A stretch of 64,000 nt of DNA from a virus: positions 1 to 64,000 of the IMG/VR virus record IMGVR_UViG_3300006175_000009. One strand, 5' to 3'. Numbering within the stretch: the stretch's first letter is position 1; each line of letters starts with the position of its first letter. The notes under the pieces are model-generated. The model saw nothing but the letters and a program-made list of their open reading frames with translations, did no database searches and was not told where the DNA came from. Below, piece by piece: positions 55,054 to 64,000 of the stretch. Both the position numbers and the translations under genes were made by a program.

Positions 55054-55356
55054 TTACTCGTCCTCCAGCAGGTCTGGCTGTGACAGAATGCCAAGCTCCC
55101 AAGCCTGTCGAGGTTCCCAGAATTCGACCCTGGTCACAGTCCCACCGGCCCCAAACTCCATACTCTTCAGTCGGGGGCAGGGCTGCCTGTCGAGAGGGAC
55201 GTTGGGTACGAGGGAATGGATGCCCGCACACCAGATACAGATCGTGTGGTCTTCCAGCTTCTTCGCTGGCTCGACCTCTGGTTCTTCGGGTACCGGCCAG
55301 GCTCCTACTGTGGTAGGATCTTCCCGCTCAGCCAGATCCGTGATCGTCGCCACCAT
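55054..55356 (-). CDS. hypothetical Cys/His protein
   Basis: CIWCAGIH...CPR. Confidence 0.55.
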   Translation of the reverse strand: MVATITDLAEREDPTTVGAWPVPEEPEVEPAKKLEDHTICIWCAGIHSLVPNVPLDRQPCPRLKSMEFGAGGTVTRVEFWEPRQAWELGILSQPDLLEDE

Positions 55357-55655
55357 GAGGCGTCCTTGGCTCCTTCAGACTTGTTCAGCAGGTATCGCAG
55401 GACGTGTACGCCACGAACACCTGAATCCTGCGTAGGCATCATGATCGTGGCCATGATGACATGGGCTCCCGTGAATGCCGCAAGAGCCTGAGTGTCATTG
55501 TCGAGATCGACACCCATCTCCCGGAAGGTCTCACGAACTCCCGCACACCACTGGTCGCGCTGCGCAACAGGGATCGAGGCCAGAGGAACTCCGCAGAACT
55601 CCTCCAGCTTCTCTACGCCAGTGCGAGCCTGGTCCCGTAGGGTCACTTCGCTCAC
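55305..55655 (-). CDS. hypothetical protein
   Basis: Coupled ORF. Confidence 0.5.
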   Translation of the reverse strand: MSEVTLRDQARTGVEKLEEFCGVPLASIPVAQRDQWCAGVRETFREMGVDLDNDTQALAAFTGAHVIMATIMMPTQDSGVRGVHVLRYLLNKSEGAKDASWWRRSRIWLSGKILPQ

Positions 55656-55944
55656 CTCTTAGCCACCAGCAATCCCGAGTGTTCCGCCTGGCCAAGCACG
55701 GAGATGATTCCTGCGCTTGCCTCACGGGCCGAACAGAAGACCTCGTGAGCCTGACGCTGCTTCACTGCCTCATCGTACTCCGGCCACGAGTTGGCAATCC
55801 AAAGCCTGCCGCAGAAGTTGATATCCGCCTGACAGAGAAGGACGGTCGGAATGGTGCGAGGAGTCCCGTAGACAACCTCACCCTGAGAGATCGGGGCAGT
55901 CTTTACCATGGGACTATGGTATGGGTTATTCGCCTCATGGTCAA

Positions 55945-57399
55945 TTACGCAGCGCTCTCGAACACGTGCGGGTCGCCACACTTCGGGCAGCGAAGCGGGT
56001 TGGTCTTGAGTACGAAGGGCCTGTCACAGCCCCCACAGCGCACTACCCCATAGGCGGACGACCAAGACCCTCCAGATAGACCTGTTAGGCCCGTGATGGC
56101 CCACACAAGGGCGTCCAGACGGTCAGGAGACTTGCCGCTGACTCCGGGAATCCAGTCGCACATCTCGTCTTCGAGCTGAGTGAGCATGCCAATGTGGTGG
56201 ATGCGCTTCTGCTCATACAGCGACGCCACTGGCTCAGCACGGATTTCCTTACCGCGCGAGGCTCGAACAGTCTTGAACGGAACATGTGGATCGACGTGTC
56301 GAAGCACGGACCCGATGTAGTCACCACCGTTGTTGACCTCAGCCACCACCGAGTCAGCATGGAACTCGTGGTAAGCCTTGACGGCTTCCCGCATTGCAGC
56401 TTCCGGAGAAGCCTTCACTGAGCGGTCTGCAAGCACATACCCATGACCACGATCATCGGAAGCAACAACGACAATGCCAGTGAGGTCAGAGCTTTCGTCA
56501 CTAGTGACAGCAGGGTCCACAGCAACCACCACCTGGACGAGATCCTCAGGAACCTCATCGCGGGTGATTCGTGCATCGTCAATATCGACACGCTTGAAAA
56601 GCGCGCCCTCAATGTCCTCAAGAAGGACACCGTACAACTCCTGCTGACCTAGTCGTGTTCCGTCGTATCGACGCTTTAGTTCGTCCAGCGCAACCGCTGA
56701 AAGGTGCTCGCGATTGTCGAATGAGGAACCGCGAGTCAGGTGGACCGTGCCGTCACGTCGGCTGTACAGATCCTTGACGAGTGGGGTTGGTCGTGGGGTG
56801 GTGGTCACCACGATCCGGGGGTGGTCGCCCTTACGTACGGCGGGGACGATTCCCTCATACCAGATCTCGGGGCGACGCCAGGAACCGATCTCGTCGGCCC
56901 AGACACCCCAGAGATTCAGACCACGCGCGCGCTCAGGTTCGTCAGCCGAGATGCCGTGAATCTTGGAGCCGTTGGTCAGCTTGATCTGAAGCTCATTGCG
57001 GAGATACTGCTGCATCTCCCCTTCGTTGAACCGCTTCAGAATTCCGGAGTCACCTTCGAAACAGGTTCGCTGGACGTCACGGAATGTCGGAGCAACTACG
57101 AGCCATTCCGAGTTTGGGATGGAGAGAGCCTGGTGAACAATCCACGACGCCCCAACAAACGTCTTTCCGAATCCACGCCCAGCAAGCAGTAGCCAGATGT
57201 TCCACGAATCGTCGGGAACTCCGTCGCAGGAGGGGCAGGCGTGTCGTTCGTCGTCTGGTGGGAACTGGGCAGCACGGGCTGTGGCTGAGTACTCACGGTC
57301 AGTGAACTCAGGAGCGCTAAGAGCATCCAGTTCATCCCGAAGGCGCTTCAGCTCTTCTAGCTGAGCTAGCTTGGCCTTCAGCAGGGGTGACTGTGACAT
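55945..57399 (-). CDS. terminase large subunit
   Basis: AGRGFGKT, WADE, VVTTTP, QELYG, VAVDPA, EVNNGG, SPDRLDALVWA. Confidence 0.95.
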   Translation of the reverse strand: MSQSPLLKAKLAQLEELKRLRDELDALSAPEFTDREYSATARAAQFPPDDERHACPSCDGVPDDSWNIWLLLAGRGFGKTFVGASWIVHQALSIPNSEWLVVAPTFRDVQRTCFEGDSGILKRFNEGEMQQYLRNELQIKLTNGSKIHGISADEPERARGLNLWGVWADEIGSWRRPEIWYEGIVPAVRKGDHPRIVVTTTPRPTPLVKDLYSRRDGTVHLTRGSSFDNREHLSAVALDELKRRYDGTRLGQQELYGVLLEDIEGALFKRVDIDDARITRDEVPEDLVQVVVAVDPAVTSDESSDLTGIVVVASDDRGHGYVLADRSVKASPEAAMREAVKAYHEFHADSVVAEVNNGGDYIGSVLRHVDPHVPFKTVRASRGKEIRAEPVASLYEQKRIHHIGMLTQLEDEMCDWIPGVSGKSPDRLDALVWAITGLTGLSGGSWSSAYGVVRCGGCDRPFVLKTNPLRCPKCGDPHVFESAA

Positions 57400-57421
57400 A
57401 CCCTTAGCGCTCCTGTGCTAC

Positions 57422-57745
57422 TTACTTCTTGGCCGGGTTGACGGTCTCAGCGCTGGCGAGATCGCTCTCCACCACAGCCTTGGCCGCAACAACATCCGCC
57501 TTGACCTCGTCCGCGACCTTCACGGCATCGGCCTTGACCTCAGCCACGATGGGCTTCTCCTCGGCAGCGACCTGAGCCGCGTCAGCCTTGACTTCAGCCA
57601 CAACGGCCTCCGAATCGTGCTTGAAGTGGTCACGCAGGTGGCCCAGGGCGTTCTCCAGCTTGGTGGTCTGGGTGTGGCCCTCGCTCTTCAGCCAGTCAAC
57701 GACTGCCTGGATATCGGCCTCAATGGCCTTGAAAGGGTTGCTCAT
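57422..57745 (-). CDS. Ala/Val/Glu-rich repeat protein
   Basis: EVKADA repeats; GAGGAG RBS. Confidence 0.6.
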   Translation of the reverse strand: MSNPFKAIEADIQAVVDWLKSEGHTQTTKLENALGHLRDHFKHDSEAVVAEVKADAAQVAAEEKPIVAEVKADAVKVADEVKADVVAAKAVVESDLASAETVNPAKK

Positions 57746-58025
57746 GTTTCTCCTCGGGGGTTAGGTACCTACCGCAGACAATTGTACTTGTACACCAAGC
57801 ACATCGCTACATCTGATTGTGGTTATCCCATGCTGCCTTGGCGACGGCTACCAGAATCGCAGACCCCAGCAGAAGATCACCTATGACGAGCATCGTCCAC
57901 TGGGTCATGGCCGCCGGTAGCTGTCCGACGAACGTCCCGATCAAACTTCCACTCCCGGTAGAACGAAACGGTGAGGCAGACGCCACACAGGACAAGCACG
58001 GACCAGGCGATCCAAAACCACATGG

Positions 58026-58532
58026 CTACTCGAACTTCAGGAAGTCCGCAGGAACCACGTAGCCTGGCCATTCGCCCTCGAACAGAGGCTTGCCGATCCG
58101 GCGGTAAACCTCCGCGATGAGCTGTGAGCAGATCTGGTGGCCAGAGCCGGTGACACGGTTCTTGACCCACGGAAGGTTGATCTTGAAGTGGTGCAAGATG
58201 ATGGCGATGTAGTCCAGGAAAGAGTACTTGACACCGAGCATCTTGCTGGCCTCGTTGCCAATCTGAGCCTGCTCCTCATCAGTCAGTTCCATCGGACGAA
58301 CCCAGAGGATCTTCTCGCCTTCGTAACGCGAGCTGACGCGACTGATCACAGCACCACCAGGCTGACCCTCAAGCGCCCAGTCGGTTCCCACGCAGAGCAT
58401 CGAGTGCTCCCACTTCGCGTCCTTCCAGCTCGATCCGTTGAGCCACTGGCCGACGCGGATGAACCACCCAGTCAGTCCACGAACCTTCACGAGACCGATA
58501 TCCCCCGTGCGGGGAATCTCAACAGCAGTCAT
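58026..58532 (-). CDS. permuted papain-like NlpC/P60 enzyme (YiiX/YebB-like)
   Basis: GDIGLV, WEHS, G.KYSF, ICSQLIAEVY, P.DF. Confidence 0.75.
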   Translation of the reverse strand: MTAVEIPRTGDIGLVKVRGLTGWFIRVGQWLNGSSWKDAKWEHSMLCVGTDWALEGQPGGAVISRVSSRYEGEKILWVRPMELTDEEQAQIGNEASKMLGVKYSFLDYIAIILHHFKINLPWVKNRVTGSGHQICSQLIAEVYRRIGKPLFEGEWPGYVVPADFLKFE

Positions 58533-58698
58533 TCTCCACCTGTTCCATTCGAAGCCAGTTGACCACGTTGTCCATCTCAGTGCCCTCAAGAGGCGGCAGG
58601 CCGAGACGAGCACGTGCTTCGTTGATTGTAAGGTCTCCGAAGTAGACTGCGTCAGTCATCTCTTCGAGGAGATCCTGATCCTGCTGGTAGTCCTTCAC
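58519..58698 (-). CDS. small protein with portal-crown-like motif (59 aa)
   Basis: Manual translation: ...GDLTINEARARLGLPPLEG... Confidence 0.45.
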   Translation of the reverse strand: MKDYQQDQDLLEEMTDAVYFGDLTINEARARLGLPPLEGTEMDNVVNWLRMEQVENDCC

Positions 58699-59069
58699 TT
58701 CTTCACCCTCAAGAGTCGAAGTTCAGCCACCGCCAGTTGATCGGCGAGCTGTCGGTTACGCGCCTGCTCTTCGTCCAGAGCATCGGTGAGAACAGCCATC
58801 TCTGCCGGATACTCCTTGACGTCCTCTCGAAGCTTTTCGATGGTGACGTAGAGCGTTCCGACCTTGGAATTTAGACCACCAAGGGTCCGCTTGAGCTGTT
58901 GGAGTTCAGTCTCCGCCTCTTCTGCTACAGCCGAAGCCAGTGCAGCCAGAGCGTGAAGGTCGCCCGCAGTCCAAGACGAGCCTTCTTCGTACGAGTAGAG
59001 CGCATCGGCAATACTCCTTATCTTGTCATGGAGCAGCGTCTTCTGTGGATTGGGCTTCCTTCTGCTCAT
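58695..59069 (-). CDS. coiled-coil hypothetical protein
   Basis: ATG 6 nt after -10 TACTGT. Confidence 0.55.
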   Translation of the reverse strand: MSRRKPNPQKTLLHDKIRSIADALYSYEEGSSWTAGDLHALAALASAVAEEAETELQQLKRTLGGLNSKVGTLYVTIEKLREDVKEYPAEMAVLTDALDEEQARNRQLADQLAVAELRLLRVKK

Positions 59070-59195
59070 GGGTACACAGTACCACAGTTGTTGCACCTGT
59101 GGCAAGACTAAAGCCCGCCTCCTCAGCTCACGGGAGACGGGCCCTAGTGGAAGGAAACCCAACCCCAGGCGTCCTTCGCTTCTTCCGCAATGATC

Positions 59196-59711
59196 CTAGC
59201 CGACGATCTCCGCATCCACAACCGGAGCTTCAAGGGCTGGCCTCCCGGAACGGGCAGCGATCTCTGCCTTCAGGCGTTCGATCTCGGCATTGACGGTCTG
59301 CATCTCGACCACTTCGACCTGGGTCTTGATCGCGGCCTCGACACCTGTAAGCTTGGCGATACGCTCCGACACCTTCACGGCAATGTCGATGGCCCTGGTG
59401 TTGCCACGCTCGATGCCCGTCTGGAGCGAGTTGTACAGCGTGTTGAGGCGCTTCAGCTCGATCATGCGAAGGACTTCCTGGGACGTGCGCTCGTTGTGGA
59501 GATACTCTTCCTCCAGCGCATCGTGTACGTCCTTTGCAGCAGCCTCGGCTGTGCCGTAGCCGAGCTGGTAGGAAATCTCCGCGTAGTCATAGCCCTGGAT
59601 TCGCATCTCCATGGCCTGGCGTGTCTTGCCCAGGCGCTTGGCTGCCGCCTCCTTGGCTAGAGCGCGGTCCTCGGAGTCGTCGTACTCTTCATCGAATTCA
59701 AGCTTTGCCAT
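59196..59711 (-). CDS. terminase small subunit (putative)
   Basis: A.EMRI.G.DY.EI...LGY HTH, EL.RL..L, ER.AKL.G; upstream of large subunit. Confidence 0.65.
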   Translation of the reverse strand: MAKLEFDEEYDDSEDRALAKEAAAKRLGKTRQAMEMRIQGYDYAEISYQLGYGTAEAAAKDVHDALEEEYLHNERTSQEVLRMIELKRLNTLYNSLQTGIERGNTRAIDIAVKVSERIAKLTGVEAAIKTQVEVVEMQTVNAEIERLKAEIAARSGRPALEAPVVDAEIVG

Positions 59712-59862
59712 GTCGCACCCTTCTAGTGGTGCTTATAGCATAGAACGAGGGGCCAGGCGGGAGCTATCCTCAACCAGTCCTGACCCCTCGTAGTGTTGGA
59801 GCCGGGCCTCCCCCAAAGTGGCTCACACAACACCGATTCGATGATAGACCATCAGATGGCCT

Positions 59863-60210
59863 TTAGGCAACATCCTTTGGACCATTGCAGAGGCACTCCC
59901 TGCACGACCCGGATGCACCATGGTTGTCCACGAAGTGCTTGCACACCGAACACCTTGCCCCCACGACTGCATCGTTGACCTGGAGGTCTCGGACCGGCTG
60001 GAGGATTCCACCAGGCTTGCTGAACCTGACGGCCTTGTCCGTCACAGGAAGTGAAGGCTCGCTGGCTTCAGCCGAGGCAATAGATGCCCACATCTGAGCC
60101 ATCTGGCAGTTGTACTCCCGCATACGCTCGTAGTTCAGACCCGAACGTTCCGCGTCCTTGGCATACCGATGAGCGTTGGTGAGAGCCTCGTTCCAGCCGT
60201 CCCAACTCAC
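59863..60210 (-). CDS. hypothetical protein with C-terminal Cys cluster
   Basis: Start overlaps upstream stop; CSVCKH...C.EC.C. Confidence 0.5.
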   Translation of the reverse strand: MSWDGWNEALTNAHRYAKDAERSGLNYERMREYNCQMAQMWASIASAEASEPSLPVTDKAVRFSKPGGILQPVRDLQVNDAVVGARCSVCKHFVDNHGASGSCRECLCNGPKDVA

Positions 60211-60854
60211 TGAGTGACCTCCTTGATACGGGCAGTCAGGGCATCGTGCTCCTTGTCGCCATCCTGAAGAGCCTTGAAGCTGTCGTCCTGCTTGCCGGAG
60301 ACACACAGGGTGCCAGCCAGCTTGTAGTCGTTCAGCATGGCAACGAAGTGCTTCTGGGTCTCCTCGTCTGGAGCAGGCTTGGACTGGTCCATCGCCTTCT
60401 GGACGTCGGTGACCATGCTCGGGCAGAAAATCTGCTGGCTCATCTCGTTGGTCCGATAGTCTCCAGACTTCATCGCACCCTGGTCCATGACCACGGCCAT
60501 GAGGGGGCCCAGCTCGTCCATCTGCCACTTGGACAGGTTGGCCTTCGTCTCAGCCTTGCTCGGAGCGGAAGCGACCACCGACACGGAAGCAGAGGGCTTC
60601 GCCGCCGGAGCAGGAGACTTCTTGTCCGAACCGCTGAGTGCCCAGAGTCCACCGACACAGAGGGCAGCTACTGCAACCAGGGTAGCTCCCCGGAGAACTG
60701 TGCTGCTGCGTCGAGGCTTGGGTGTTCCCTCGGACCACGGACCAGCACTGTAGGTGGTCTCTGCGGCCTTCTGGTAGACGTTGGCGACAGGGTGCTGGCG
60801 GTGATCCTTCATCAGACCGTCGCGTAGCTCGTCGTCGGAATGGTCGTTCACGTG
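60207..60854 (-). CDS. membrane-anchored exported protein
   Basis: GTG after GGAGA; TM helix, Ala/Pro/Ser linker, two Cys. Confidence 0.55.
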   Translation of the reverse strand, partial: HVNDHSDDELRDGLMKDHRQHPVANVYQKAAETTYSAGPWSEGTPKPRRSSTVLRGATLVAVAALCVGGLWALSGSDKKSPAPAAKPSASVSVVASAPSKAETKANLSKWQMDELGPLMAVVMDQGAMKSGDYRTNEMSQQIFCPSMVTDVQKAMDQSKPAPDEETQKHFVAMLNDYKLAGTLCVSGKQDDSFKALQDGDKEHDALTARIKEVTQ

Positions 60855-60967
60855 TCTCCTTGGGTTGTCGTTACGGGAGAAGCCTCCCACAACAGTTGTC
60901 CTACTGTCAAGTACAAGGGCATGAAGAAACCCCCAGCCATGGGAGTGACCAGGGGCTTCCTCGAAGT

Positions 60968-61363
60968 TCACCGGTTGCGCTGATCCACACGCACAGAAAC
61001 GTTTATCGGTGAGGCGTTGTGTCGGCCGCCCGATGAACCTCGCATATAGGCTAGCACCCCGATGATCCCGAGGATCAAGCCCAGAGCAGTTGTGGCCTTT
61101 GCAAGGGCCTCAAACATGAAGCTCAGACCCCATGCAGCAGCGCCAAGACCAGCAAGAGCAAAACCAGCTCCGGCAAGACGCTGAGCAAGAGGATCAATCC
61201 CAGGACGCCCAGATACTTCACGAACTTCATGGGTTTCGTAACGGGGTCGGACATGGCGAACTCCTCGGTCGGTTGCCCGGAAAGGCTCCAGCTCTCGCTG
61301 CGCAGCCTCTCGATAGTCCACGAGAAGAGCGTCTAGCTGCTCTCGGAGATCAACATCGTTCAT
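60968..61363 (-). CDS. two-TM membrane protein
   Basis: Leaderless start after TTGACA-N17-TAACGT. Confidence 0.55.
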   Translation of the reverse strand: MNDVDLREQLDALLVDYREAAQRELEPFRATDRGVRHVRPRYETHEVREVSGRPGIDPLAQRLAGAGFALAGLGAAAWGLSFMFEALAKATTALGLILGIIGVLAYMRGSSGGRHNASPINVSVRVDQRNR

Positions 61364-61456
61364 GCAACCACGTTACTACCTACTTGTTCCCGTGTCAAGG
61401 GTTTCCGGCAGCTATGGCAGTGCCATGGTTGGATCTAGGGTTTTCGGAGGGTGTTT

Positions 61457-61577
61457 CCGCAGGTCAGAGCCTGTTTTCTATGGTTACTACGGTACTAGGG
61501 AAGAAGTAGTAGACAAAGAAGTACACAACTAGAAGAAACAATAGGGATTCAACCGTTGCAACCGATGCAGCCGTAGC
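61457..61577. repeat. origin-like element, copy B (inverse of 12018-12140)
   Basis: Reverse complement shares exact 16- and 20-nt blocks at near-identical spacing (53 vs 51 nt). Confidence 0.8.
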
Positions 61578-61648
61578 AACTTGACTCCTACCGCAGTAGC
61601 ACCTACACTGGAACCTCACCCCTGAACTCCTCGAAAGGAACCTGAACC

Positions 61649-62347
61649 GTGTCGAACCACCGCTTCCTGATCCCACTGGACGAAGATGAACTGGATGAAC
61701 TCCAGTCGAACGACGACGTATGGAGGCCCTGCCCGAACTACCCTGGCTACGACGCCTCATGGAATGGCTGGGTTCGTTCATGGACCGTTCCGAACCACAC
61801 GGTTCACGGCTACTACTACGAGGTTCATCGCGTGAACCCCAAGGTGAACGGCCAGGTTCTGAACCGGCACCGTGGTCAGCTCGTGGCCGACGCCTTCCTG
61901 GTTCAGCCCGAACCGCAGTGGAACCTGACCTGGGAGGACGGAAACAAGCTGAACCATGCAGCCAAGAACCTCTCATGGGAGGACAGGCTGACCAGGGTTC
62001 AGCGGGCGAACCAGGCTGCTAAGCTGAACGGCAACCGTCCGCACAAGAGTCACTGCATCTGGGGACATGAACTGTCAGGGGACCTGGTTAGGATCACGGG
62101 TGACGGTTCCAACATGTGCATCGTCTGTTCACGTGCGCACGCCTCCCGGTACCAGGAGATCAGGACCCTGAAGAAGAAGGGCCTTCCGTATGACCATGTC
62201 ACCCATGAGTACGTCCTGAAGCGTAAGGGCGTGTGGGTACCGGAAGACCAGCGACCTGAGGGTGCCCGGAAGAGGCCCCGATCCAACAAGCGAAACCAGA
62301 AGCTCAGGGAAGGACGTATCACTCATGGCTCGGATGCTGCTTCGTGA
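61649..62347 (+). CDS. NUMOD4/HNH_3-like protein, catalytic His apparently lost
   Basis: WRP.P.YPGY..S..G.VRS, LVA.AFL, TWEDGNKLNH...NL.W, HC..GH. Confidence 0.7.
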   Translation: MSNHRFLIPLDEDELDELQSNDDVWRPCPNYPGYDASWNGWVRSWTVPNHTVHGYYYEVHRVNPKVNGQVLNRHRGQLVADAFLVQPEPQWNLTWEDGNKLNHAAKNLSWEDRLTRVQRANQAAKLNGNRPHKSHCIWGHELSGDLVRITGDGSNMCIVCSRAHASRYQEIRTLKKKGLPYDHVTHEYVLKRKGVWVPEDQRPEGARKRPRSNKRNQKLREGRITHGSDAAS

Positions 62348-62513
62348 GGCGAAGCGCCACCACCACTACTGCTGTCCCGGTCACACTGCTAAGGGCTTCG
62401 ATGCCCAGAACGCGAGGTCTCGTGAGCGCAATGTATGGCGCAAGGATGCTCGGTACCTTCTCGGCTCCAACCTGCCCAAGCTGCCGGAGGTCTTCGGGGC
62501 TGGACTGCGCTGA
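62326..62513 (+). CDS. small basic Cys protein
   Basis: MARML...CCPGH...RSRERNVWRKD. Confidence 0.5.
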
Positions 62514-62598
62514 GATCGCACGGGCCAAGCAGGCTCAGCGACAGTACGAGAAGCGATCATGGCGGAAGGAGGTTGCACAACAGCGGGAAGAGGTGTAA
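62446..62598 (+). CDS. small basic Cys protein (paralog-like)
   Basis: MLG...CPSC...DC...QRQYEKRSWRKE. Confidence 0.45.
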   Translation: MLGTFSAPTCPSCRRSSGLDCAEIARAKQAQRQYEKRSWRKEVAQQREEV

Positions 62599-62629
62599 GC
62601 TTGTCATCAGGACAAGGCAAGGAGGACAA

Positions 62630-62803
62630 GTGCTCCACTTCATCTACAACACCCTGGCAGTCATCGGGGGCTTCTCGGTGGTGATCTTCCTCTGGCAGTT
62701 CATCGTGGCGATCGTCACCGTGATCGAGCTGGACCGGAAGGCCACTGCCGACAAGGCGGCCGAGGAGAACGAGATCCGCGAGAACCTGGAGAACGTGCGA
62801 TGA
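62630..62803 (+). CDS. small membrane protein
   Basis: GTG after AAGGAGG; one TM. Confidence 0.55.
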   Translation: MLHFIYNTLAVIGGFSVVIFLWQFIVAIVTVIELDRKATADKAAEENEIRENLENVR

Positions 62804-62960
62804 CCATCGACACCTTCATGACGGGCTCTCTCGCTGTCATCATGGGCATCCTCGTCCTCGCGTTCGTGTACTGGGGCTGGAAGTTCGCCTCTCTCGCGTA
62901 CTACGAGGAGAAGCTCAAGCTGGAGCAGAAGTACAAGGCCGAAGAGCCGAAGGACCAGAA

Positions 62961-63185
62961 GTGAACGGCCCGCTCATCGGTGTTATGGCCGTGATTGTGG
63001 CTGCCTTCGTGGTGGCCATGATCTGGGAGGGCATCAAGGAGTACCGCAAGATGAAGGCTTGGGAGCACGACTTCCAGGCCAGACTGGACGCGGTCCGTCG
63101 TGAGCACGTAGCAATGCGTGATCAGATGTACCTCGACCACTTCAACCGCAAGATGAGTGACAGGCTCTCCAAGGAGGAGAAGTGA
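62961..63185 (+). CDS. small membrane protein
   Basis: N-terminal TM, coupled ORF. Confidence 0.55.
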   Translation: MNGPLIGVMAVIVAAFVVAMIWEGIKEYRKMKAWEHDFQARLDAVRREHVAMRDQMYLDHFNRKMSDRLSKEEK

Positions 63186-63592
63186 AGGTCAAGTACGACG
63201 AGGTCGGCACCGTGACGGTCAGTGGCCGTGTCGTGCTGGGTCTGGCTGCTACGGTTGTGGCAGTCGGTGCGATCGGGTACGGTAGCTACGAACTGTTCTG
63301 GGACGTGAAGTCCAACACCACCGACCGGAACGCCCAGATCGGCCGCCAGAACCTTGCGTTCCAGCAGAGCCGCATGGACGAGATCAGCCGCAAGCTCAAC
63401 GAGAAGACCGCGCTGGAGAACGCTCTCGGCTCCGATGCCTCCCCGGAGGACGTGGCCAAGAACAAGGCGCAGGTCACCGCCATCCGCGACCAGATCTGCT
63501 CCGACTACGGGGATCTGACCACCTCGTACAAGAACACACTGAACCCGGAGCGCTACTCCACTCTGGTACAGCTCTGCGAGGTGCAGAAGTGA
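63182..63592 (+). CDS. membrane-anchored hypothetical protein
   Basis: AAGGAGG RBS, TM + coiled coil. Confidence 0.6.
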   Translation: MKVKYDEVGTVTVSGRVVLGLAATVVAVGAIGYGSYELFWDVKSNTTDRNAQIGRQNLAFQQSRMDEISRKLNEKTALENALGSDASPEDVAKNKAQVTAIRDQICSDYGDLTTSYKNTLNPERYSTLVQLCEVQK

Positions 63593-63816
63593 GCGCCATC
63601 AAGGAACTGAAGCCGTGCCACAACAAGAAGTGTGACCGGCACTACGAGGAGGCCAACACCCTCTTCTGCTGCAACAACTGCGCCAAGGCTGACGAATGGA
63701 TGCTGAACCTGGCAGACGTTCTGATCTCCGAGGACCCGCGCGTCGAGAACGTCCGCGAGTTCGAGAACGAGCTTCCCCACAAGCACTCGCCTGAGTGCCT
63801 GGCTCCCGCTTCCTGA
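63589..63816 (+). CDS. small Cys-rich protein
   Basis: CHNKKC...FCCNNC. Confidence 0.55.
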   Translation: MSAIKELKPCHNKKCDRHYEEANTLFCCNNCAKADEWMLNLADVLISEDPRVENVREFENELPHKHSPECLAPAS

Positions 63817-64000
63817 TGAGCCGCAAGGACTGGACTGCCCGGCAGCATATCGAGAGAGCTTTCCATGTCTCCTTCATGCTGCCGGAGCAGGCGGCCCAAC
63901 TGCTTGACGAGTATCGGGCCGAGGTTCGTGCCGAAGCCTTCCAAGAGGCCGTTGACTTCGTAAGGTCAGGGCCGGTTCCGAAAGAATCCGGGCGTCACTG

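Overview
A 64-kb segment of a GC-rich (about 62% by eye) tailed actinobacteriophage, probably a Streptomyces-type siphovirus (HrdB-like TTGAC-N17-19-TA..T promoters, tRNA genes without encoded CCA, long tape measure, no sheath). Almost everything from 1 to about 61400 is on the minus strand. In transcription order: terminase subunits, a giant multi-domain portal, protease/scaffold, major capsid, decoration and head-tail proteins, major tail, chaperone with a +1 frameshift, tape measure, paralogous tail-tip proteins and endolysin. The replication and nucleotide block follows: Cas4-like nuclease, XRE HTH, two different primase-helicases, Sak4-like ATPase, DUF669 protein, DinG helicase, PolA, RuvC-like resolvase, dUTPase and ThyX (cut off by the window edge). 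After 61600, small plus-strand genes begin with a degenerate HNH protein. The most striking content is non-coding. Two promoter-driven RNA operons (11290-11975 and 18125-19090) hold only a few ordinary tRNAs. They are interleaved with apparent mimics of host regulatory RNAs: a 6C-like RNA, an Ms1-like RNA (Ms1 binds RNA polymerase), a tag-less mini-tmRNA, and a tight array of tRNA-shaped modules that keep acceptor and T-arm but carry foreign cores. A ~120-bp origin-like element occurs twice, in inverted orientation, 49 kb apart. All protein and RNA family calls come from motif recognition by eye; no database search was run.
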